Shown: in pieces, positions 55,101 through 64,000 of the stretch
Layout of the letters: each line of letters begins with the position of its first letter
Numbering within the stretch: position 1 is the stretch's first letter
Source: Auanema rhodensis
Taxonomy: Eukaryota; Animalia; Nematoda
Assembly: GCA_964057225.1 (NCBI GenBank)
Contig: OZ059896.1
Coordinates: 20,894,001 to 20,958,000, forward strand
Length of the DNA stretch: 64,000 nt
Direction: 5' to 3'
Notes under the pieces: model-generated
The model's input: the letters and a program-made list of their open reading frames with translations, nothing else
What the model was told of the DNA's origin: nothing
Database searches by the model: none
Program-made: the position numbers and the translations under genes

Positions 55101-58100
55101 ACAAAAATTAGTTATGATCGTTTGAAAAATGATGCATTAGTGTATGTTGAGTTTCCATGTACACTCAACATTGCTTCCAAAAACATTTTGACAAAAATTT
55201 TTTCGAAAAATTTCAAAATAATTTAGCAAAAAGTAGATGTTTTTAGATTCCATTTTTCAAGGCAAAGACGATAGACAATGTTATTCAACGAAAAAATTAA
55301 TTCTTCAGGGTGAAAATCGAGGATATAAGTGTGAACTTATATCAGTTGATATCTCGGTGCATTTTCAAGCTAGCGCAAATCTGATAACACAGATCGACGC
55401 AGCTTAAAAATCCGCATCGAATGCACTATACTACATTGAGAAACGCTTGATACAAAAATTAGTTATGATCGTTTGAAAAATGATGCATTAGTGTATGTTG
55501 AGTTTCCATGTACACTCAACATTGCTTCCAAAAACATTTTGACAAAAATTTTTTCGAAAAATTTCAAAATAATTTAGCAAAAAGTAGATGTTTTTAGATT
55601 CCTTTTTTTAAGGCAAAGACGATAGACAATGTTATTCAACGAACAAATTAATTCTTCAGGGTGAAAATCGAGGATATAAGTGTGAACTTATATCAGTTGA
55701 TATCTCGGTGCATTTTCAAGCTAGCGCAAATCTGATAACACAGATCGACGCAGCTTAAAAATCCGCATCGAATGCACTATACTACATTGAGAAACGCTTG
55801 ATACAAAAATTAGTTATGATCGTTTGAAAAATGATGCATTAGTGTATGTTGAGTTTCCATGTACACTCAACATTGCTTCCAAAAACATTTTGACAAAAAT
55901 TTTTTCGAAAAATTTCAAAATAATTTAGCAAAAAGTAGATGTTTTTAGATTCCATTTTTCAAGGCAAAGACGATAGACAATGTTATTCAACGAAAAAATT
56001 AATTCTTCAGGGTGAAAATCGAGGATATAAGTGTGAACTTATATCAGTTGATATCTCGGTGCATTTTCAAGCTAGCGCAAATCTGATAACACAGATCGAC
56101 GCAGCTTAAAAATCCGCATCGAATGCACTATACTACATTGAGAAACGCTTGATACAAAAATTAGTTATGATCGTTTGAAAAATGATGCATTAGTGTATGT
56201 TGAGTTTCCATGTACACTCAACATTGCTTCCAAAAACATTTTGACAAAAATTTTTTCGAAAAATTTCAAAATAATTTAGCAAAAAGTAGATGTTTTTAGA
56301 TTCCATTTTTCAAGGCAAAGACGATAGACAATGTTATTCAACGAAAAAATTAATTCTTCAGGGTGAAAATCGAGGATATAAGTGTGAACTTATATCAGTT
56401 GATATCTCGGTGCATTTTCAAGCTAGCGCAAATCTGATAACACAGATCGACGCAGCTTAAAAATCCGCATCGAATGCACTATACTACATTGAGAAACGCT
56501 TGATACAAAAATTAGTTATGATCGTTTGAAAAATGATGCATTAGTGTATGTTGAGTTTCCATGTACACTCAACATTGCTTCCAAAAACATTTTGACAAAA
56601 ATTTTTTCGAAAAATTTCAAAATTATTTAGCAAAAAGTAGATGTTTTTAGATTCCATTTTTCAAGGCAAAGACGATAGACAATGTTATTCAACGAAAAAA
56701 TTAATTCTTCAGGGTGAAAATCGAGGATATAAGTGTGAACTTATATCAGTTGATATCTCGGTGCATTTTCAAGCTAGCGCAAATCTGATAACACAGATCG
56801 ACGCAGCTTAAAAATCCGCATCGAATGCACTATACTACATTGAGAAACGCTTGATACAAAAATTAGTTATGATCGTTTGAAAAATGATGCATTAGTGTAT
56901 GTTGAGTTTCCATGTACACTCAACATTGCTTCCAAAAACATTTTGACAAAAATTTTTTCGAAAAATTTCAAAATAATTTAGCAAAAAGTAGATGTTTTTA
57001 GATTCCATTTTTCAAGGCAAAGACGATAGACAATGTTATTCAACGAAAAAATTAATTCTTCAGGGTGAAAATCGAGGATATAAGTGTGAACTTATATCAG
57101 TTGATATCTCGGTGCATTTTCAAGCTAGCGCAAATCTGATAACACAGATCGACGCAGCTCAAAAATCCGCATCGAATGCACTATACTACATTGAGAAACG
57201 CTTGATACAAAAATTAGTTATGATCGTTTGAAAAATGATGCATTAGTGTATGTTGAGTTTCCATGTACACTCAACATTGCTTCCAAAAACATTTTGACAA
57301 AAATTTTTTCGAAAAATTTCAAAATAATTTAGCAAAAAGTAGATGTTTTTAGATTCCATTTTTCAAGGCAAAGACGATAGACAATGTTATTCAACGAAAA
57401 AATTAATTCTTCAGGGTGAAAATCGAGGATATAAGTGTGAACTTATATCAGTTGATATCTCGGTGCATTTTCAAGCTAGCGCAAATCTGATAACACAGAT
57501 CGACGCAGCTTAAAAATCCGCATCGAATGCACTATACTACATTGAGAAACGCTTGATACAAAAATTAGTTATGATCGTTTGAAAAATGATGCATTAGTGT
57601 ATGTTGAGTTTCCATGTACACTCAACATTGCTTCCAAAAACATTTTGACAAAAATTTTTTCGAAAAATTTCAAAATAATTTAGCAAAAAGTAGATGTTTT
57701 TAGATTCCATTTTTCAAGGCAAAGACGATAGACAATGTTATTCAACGAAAAAATTAATTCTTCAGGGTGAAAATCGAGGATATAAGTGTGAACTTATATC
57801 AGTTGATATCTCGGTGCATTTTCAAGCTAGCGCAAATCTGATAACACAGATCGACGCAGCTTAAAAATCCGCATCGAATGCACTATACTACATTGAGAAA
57901 CGCTTGATACAAAAATTAGTTATGATCGTTTGAAAAATGATGCATTAGTGTATGTTGAGTTTCCATGTACACTCAACATTGCTTCCAAAAACATTTTGAC
58001 AAAAATTTTTTCGAAAAATTTCAAAATAATTTAGCAAAAAGTAGATGTTTTTAGATTCCATTTTTCAAGGCAAAGACGATAGACAATGTTATTCAACGAA

Positions 58101-58968
58101 AAAATTAATTCTTCAGGGTGAAAATCGAGGATATAAGTGTGAACTTATATCAGTTGATATCTCGGTGCATTTTCAAGCTAGCGCAAATCTGATAACACAG
58201 ATCGACGCAGCTCAAAAATCCGCATCGAATGCACTATACTACATTGAGAAACGCTTGATACAAAAATTAGTTATGATCGTTTGAAAAATGATGCATTAGT
58301 GTATGTTGAGTTTCCATGTACACTCAACATTGCTTCCAAAAACATTTTGACAAAAATTTTTTCGAAAAATTTCAAAATAATTTAGCAAAAAGTAGATGTT
58401 TTTAGATTCCATTTTTCAAGGCAAAGACGATAGACAATGTTATTCAACGAAAAAATTAATTCTTCAGGGTGAAAATCGAGGATATAAGTGTGAACTTATA
58501 TCAGTTGATATCTCGGTGCATTTTCAAGCTAGCGCAAATCTGATAACACAGATCGACGCAGCTTAAAAATCCGCATCGAATGCACTATACTACATTGAGA
58601 AACGCTTGATACAAAAATTAGTTATGATCGTTTGAAAAATGATGCATTAGTGTATGTTGAGTTTCCATGTACACTCAACATTGCTTCCAAAAACATTTTG
58701 ACAAAAATTTTTTCGAAAAATTTCAAAATAATTTAGCAAAAAGTAGATGTTTTTAGATTCCATTTTTCAAGGCAAAGACGATAGACAATGTTATTCAACG
58801 AAAAAATTAATTCTTCAGGGTGAAAATCGAGGATATAAGTGTGAACTTATATCAGTTGATATCTCGGTGCATTTTCAAGCTAGCGCAAATCTGATAACAC
58901 AGATCGACGCAGCTTAAAAATCCGCATCGAATGCACTATACTACATTGAGAAACGCTTGATACAAAAA
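49141..58968. repeat. Highly homogenised core of the array; mostly consensus-identical monomers
   Basis: U141-147 and U149-155 read as identical by eye; variants seen only in U148, 156, 159, 162, 163, 166. Confidence 0.8.
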
Positions 58969-59319
58969 TTAGTTATGATCGTTTGAAAAATGATGCATTA
59001 GTGTATGTTGAGTTTCCATGTACACTCAACATTGCTTCCAAAAACATTTTGACAAAAATTTTTTCGAAAAATTTCAAAATAATTTAGCAAAAAGTAGATG
59101 TTTTTAGATTCCTTTTTTTAAGGCAAAGACGATAGACAATGTTATTCAACGAACAAATTAATTCTTCAGGGTGAAAATCGAGGATATAAGTGTGAACTTA
59201 TATCAGTTGATATCTCGGTGCATTTTCAAGCTAGCGCAAATCTGATAACACAGATCGACGCAGCTTAAAAATCCGCATCGAATGCACTATACTACATTGA
59301 GAAACGCTTGATACAAAAA

Positions 59320-62300
59320 TTAGTTATGATCGTTTGAAAAATGATGCATTAGTGTATGTTGAGTTTCCATGTACACTCAACATTGCTTCCAAAAACATTT
59401 TGACAAAAATTTTTTCGAAAAATTTCAAAATAATTTAGCAAAAAGTAGATGTTTTTAGATTCCATTTTTCAAGGCAAAGACGATAGACAATGTTATTCAA
59501 CGAAAAAATTTATTCTTCAGGACGAAAATCGAGGATATAAGTGTGAACTTATATCAGTTGATATCTCGGTGCATTTTCAAGCTAGCGCAAATCTGATAAC
59601 ACAGATCGACGCAGCTTAAAATTCCGCATCGAATGCACTATACTACATTGAGAAACGCTTGATACGAAAATTAGTTATGATCGTTTGAAAAATGATGCAT
59701 TAGTGTATGTTGAGTTTCCATGTACACTCAACATTGCTTCCAAAAACATTTTGACAAAAATTTTTTCGAAAAATTTCAAAATAATTTAGCAAAAAGTAGA
59801 TGTTTTTAGATTCCTTTTTTTAAGGCAAAGACGATGGACAATGTTATTCAACGAAAAAATTAATTCTTCAGGACGAAAATCGAGGATATAAGTGTGAACT
59901 TATATCAGTTGATATCTCGGTGCATTTTCAAGCTAGCGCAAATATGATAACACAGATCGACGCAGCTTAAAAATCCGCATCGAATGCACTATACTACATT
60001 GAGAAACGCTTAATACAAAAATTAGTTATGATCGTTTGAAAAATGATGCATTAGTGTATGTTGAGTTTCCATGTACACTCAACATTGCTTCCAAAAACAT
60101 TTTGACAAAAATTTTTTCGAAAAATTTCAAAATAATTTAGCAAAAAGTAGATGTTTTTAGATTCCTTTTTTTAAGGCAAAGACGATGGACAATGTTATTC
60201 AACGAAAAAATTTATTCTTCAGGACGAAAATCGAGGATATAAGTGTGAACTTATATCAGTTGATATCTCGGTGCATTTTCAAGCTAGCGCAAATATGATA
60301 ACACAGATCGACGCAGCTTAAAAATCCGCATCGAATGCACTATACTACATTGAGAAACGCTTAATACAAAAATTAGTTATGATCGTTTGAAAAATGATGC
60401 ATTAGTGTATGTTGAGTTTCCATGTACACTCAACATTGCTTCCAAAAACATTTTGACAAAAATTTTTTCGAAAAATTTCAAAATAATTTAGCAAAAAGTA
60501 GATGTTTTTAGATTCCTTTTTTTAAGGCAAAGACGATGGACAATGTTATTCAACGAAAAAATTTATTCTTCAGGACGAAAATCGAGGATATAAGTGTGAA
60601 CTTATATCAGTTGATATCTCGGTGCATTTTCAAGCTAGCGCAAATATGATAACACAGATCGACGCAGCTTAAAAATCCGCATCGAATGCACTATACTACA
60701 TTGAGAAACGCTTAATACAAAAATTAGTTATGATCGTTTGAAAAATGATGCATTAGTGTATGTTGAGTTTCCATGTACACTCAACATTGCTTCCAAAAAC
60801 ATTTTGACAAAAATTTTTTCGAAAAATTTCAAAATAATTTAGCAAAAAGTAGATGTTTTTAGATTCCTTTTTTTAAGGCAAAGACGATGGACAATGTTAT
60901 TCAACGAAAAAATTTATTCTTCAGGACGAAAATCGAGGATATAAGTGTGAACTTATATCAGTTGATATCTCGGTGCATTTTTAAGCTAGCGCAAATCGGA
61001 TAACACAGATCGACGCAGCTTAAAAATCCGCATCGAATGCACTATACTACATTGAGAAACGCTTAATACAAAAATTAGTTATGATCGTTTGAAAAATGAT
61101 GCATTAGTGTATGTTGAGTTTCCATGTACACTCAACATTGCTTCCAAAAACATTTTGACAAAAATTTTTTCGAAAAATTTCAAAATAATTTAGCAAAAAG
61201 TAGATGTTTTTAGATTCCTTTTTTTAAGGCAAAGACGATGGACAATGTTATTCAACGAAAAAATTAATTCTTCAGGACGAAAATCGAGGATATAAGTGTG
61301 AACTTATATCAGTTGATATCTCGGTGCATTTTCAAGCTAGCGCAAATCTGATAACACAGATCGACGCAGCTTAAAAATCCGCATCGAATGCACTATACTA
61401 CATTGAGAAACGCTTAATACAAAAATTAGTTATGATCGTTTGAAAAATGATGCATTAGTGTATGTTGAGTTTCCATGTACACTCAACATTGCTTCCAAAA
61501 ACATTTTGACAAAAATTTTTTCGAAAAATTTCAAAATAATTTAGCAAAAAGTAGATGTTTTTAGATTCCTTTTTTTAAGGCAAAGACGATGGACAAGGTT
61601 ATTCAACGAAAAAATTAATTCTTCAGGACGAAAATCGAGGATATAAGTGTGAACTTATATCAGTTGATATCTCGGTGCATTTTCAAGCTAGCGCAAATCG
61701 GATAACACAGATCGACGCAGCTTAAAAATCCGCATCGAATGCACTATACTACATTGAGAAACGCTTGATACAAAAATTAGTTATGATCGTTTGAAAAATG
61801 ATGCATTAGTGTATGTTGAGTTTCCATGTACACTCAACATTGCTTCCAAAAACATTTTGACAAAAATTTTTTCGAAAAATTTCAAAATAATTTAGCAAAA
61901 AGTAGATGTTTTTAGATTCCTTTTTTTAAGGCAAAGACGATAGACAATGTTATTCAACGAAAAAATTAATTCTTCAGGGTGAAAATCGAGGATATAAGTG
62001 TGAACTTATATCAGTTGATATCTCGGTGCATTTTCAAGCTAGCGCAAATCTGATAACACAGATCGACGCAGCTTAAAAATCCGCATCGAATGCACTATAC
62101 TACATTGAGAAACGCTTGATACAAAAATTAGTTATGATCGTTTGAAAAATGATGCATTAGTGTATGTTGAGTTTCCATGTACACTCAACATTGCTTCCAA
62201 AAACATTTTGACAAAAATTTTTTCGAAAAATTTCAAAATAATTTAGCAAAAAGTAGATGTTTTTAGATTCCTTTTTTTAAGGCAAAGACGATGGACAAGG

Positions 62301-62829
62301 TTATTCAACGAAAAAATTAATTCTTCAGGACGAAAATCGAGGATATAAGTGTGAACTTATATCAGTTGATATCTCGGTGCATTTTCAAGCTAGCGCAAAT
62401 CGGATAACACAGATCGACGCAGCTTAAAAATCCGCATCGAATGCACTATACTACATTGAGAAACGCTTGATACAAAAATTAGTTATGATCGTTTGAAAAA
62501 TGATGCATTAGTGTATGTTGAGTTTCCATGTACACTCAACATTGCTTCCAAAAACATTTTGACAAAAATTTTTTCGAAAAATTTCAAAATAATTTAGCAA
62601 AAAGTAGATGTTTTTAGATTCCTTTTTTTAAGGCAAAGACGATAGACAATGTTATTCAACGAAAAAATTAATTCTTCAGGGTGAAAATCGAGGATATAAG
62701 TGTGAACTTATATCAGTTGATATCTCGGTGCATTTTCAAGCTAGCGCAAATCTGATAACACAGATCGACGCAGCTTAAAAATCCGCATCGAATGCACTAT
62801 ACTACATTGAGAAACGCTTGATACAAAAA
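59320..62829. repeat. Distinct monomer subfamily block (GGACG type), ending in a 2-mer duplication (U176-177 = U178-179)
   Basis: GGGTG>GGACG (first at 59522-59523) in U170-176 and U178, with A192T, C274A, T275G and T172G variants not seen earlier in the window. Confidence 0.85.
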
Positions 62830-64000
62830 TTAGTTATGATCGTTTGAAAAATGATGCATTAGTGTATGTTGAGTTTCCATGTACACTCAACATTGCTTCC
62901 AAAAACATTTTGACAAAAATTTTTTCGAAAAATTTCAAAAAAATTTAGCAAAAAGTAGATGTTTTTAGATTCCATTTTTCAAGGCAAAGACGATAGACAA
63001 TGTTATTCAACGAAAAAATCAATTCTTCAGGGTGAAAATCGAGGATATAAGTGTGAACTTATATCAGTTGATATCTCGGTGCATTTTAAAGCTAGCGCAA
63101 ATCTGATAACACAGATCGACGCAGCTTAAAAATCCGCATCGAATGCACTATACTACATTGAGAAACGCTTGATACAAAAATTAGTTATGATCGTTTGAAA
63201 AATGATGCATTAGTGTATGTTGAGTTTCCATGTACACTCAACATTGCTTCCAAAAACATTTTGACAAAAATTTTTTCGAAAAATTTCAAAATAATTTAGC
63301 AAAAAGTAGATGTTTTTAGATTCCATTTTTCAAGGCAAAGACGATAGACAATGTTATTCAACGAAAAAATTAATTCTTCAGGGTGAAAATCGAGGATATA
63401 AGTGTGAACTTATATCAGTTGATATCTCGGTGCATTTTCAAGCTAGCGCAAATCGGATAACACAGATCGACGCAGCTTAAAAATCCGCATCGAATGCACT
63501 ATACTACATTGAGAAACGCTTGATACAAAAATTAGTTATGATCGTTTGAAAAATGATGCATTAGTGTATGTTGAGTTTCCATGTACACTCAACATTGCTT
63601 CCAAAAACATTTTGACAAAAATTTTTTCGAAAAATTTCAAAATAATTTAGCAAAAAGTAGATGTTTTTAGATTCCTTTTTTTAAGGCAAAGACGATAGAC
63701 AATGTTATTCAACGAAAAAATTAATTCTTCAGGGTGAAAATCGAGGATATAAGTGTGAACTTATATCAGTTGATATCTCGGTGCATTTTCAAGCTAGCGC
63801 AAATCTGATAACACAGATCGACGCAGCTTAAAAATCCGCATCGAATGCACTATACTACATTGAGAAACGCTTGATACAAAAATTAGTTATGATCGTTTGA
63901 AAAATGATGCATTAGTGTATGTTGAGTTTCCATGTACACTCAACATTGCTTCCAAAAACATTTTGACAAAAATTTTTTCGAAAAATTTCAAAAAAATTTA

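Larger units (their letters stand above)
1..64000. repeat. Tandem satellite DNA array, 351-bp monomer, ~182.3 head-to-tail copies; runs off both window edges
   Basis: TTAGTTATGATCGTTTGAAAAATGATGC recurs at 1, 352, 703 and so on, and is in exact phase at 7021, 14041, 21061, 28081, 35101, 42121, 49141, 56161 and 63181 (=1+180x351). Copies differ only by a few substitutions. Hand count of the consensus: 57 G + 54 C of 351 (~32% GC), with many A/T tracts. Confidence 0.99.

Noticed and set aside
56992-58284. Two identical 79-aa ORFs (56992, 58045)
   Set aside because: Created by T298C (TAA>CAA) in U163 and U166, three units apart; a duplicated point variant rather than a gene.
1-64000. Giant repetitive protein gene (351 bp = 117 codons, no frameshifts)
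   Set aside because: The ORF track shows nothing longer than 79 aa in any frame, and the most open + frame has TAA, TAG and TGA stops in each monomer, so one codon reassignment would not open it.
1-64000. CRISPR array or repeat-plus-variable-cassette system
   Set aside because: There are no unique spacers; sequence between the palindromes is as repeated as the palindromes, and no cas or recombinase genes are present.
1-64000. Sequencing or rolling-circle concatemer artefact
   Set aside because: Variants are shared, linked and hierarchically ordered in blocks, unlike random errors on a single template; local copy-number errors remain possible.

Overview
The whole 64 kb window is one uninterrupted head-to-tail tandem array of a 351-bp, AT-rich monomer (about 32% GC by hand count), roughly 182.3 copies, all in the same orientation. 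It looks like eukaryotic satellite DNA, plausibly (peri)centromeric and from an invertebrate, but I do not recognise the family, so host and function are inference. I found no supportable genes, RNA genes, mobile elements or CRISPR arrays; the five supplied ORFs come from single stop-to-Gln substitutions in a few copies. The informative structure is at two scales. Within the monomer there are several dyad symmetries (two perfect 9-bp stems centred half a monomer apart, a 51-nt imperfect hairpin), an apparently invariant ~80-bp box, and variants that perfect quasi-palindromes. Across the array there are no net indels, nested higher-order duplications (2-, 3-, 4-, 5-, 9-, 10-mers and a 31-unit-offset block), and a layered haplotype layout: variant-rich left part, near-identical core at about 49-59 kb, and an abrupt distinct subfamily from about 59.3 kb. 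Unit n (Un) starts at 351*(n-1)+1. All variant calls were read by eye and need confirming by alignment.
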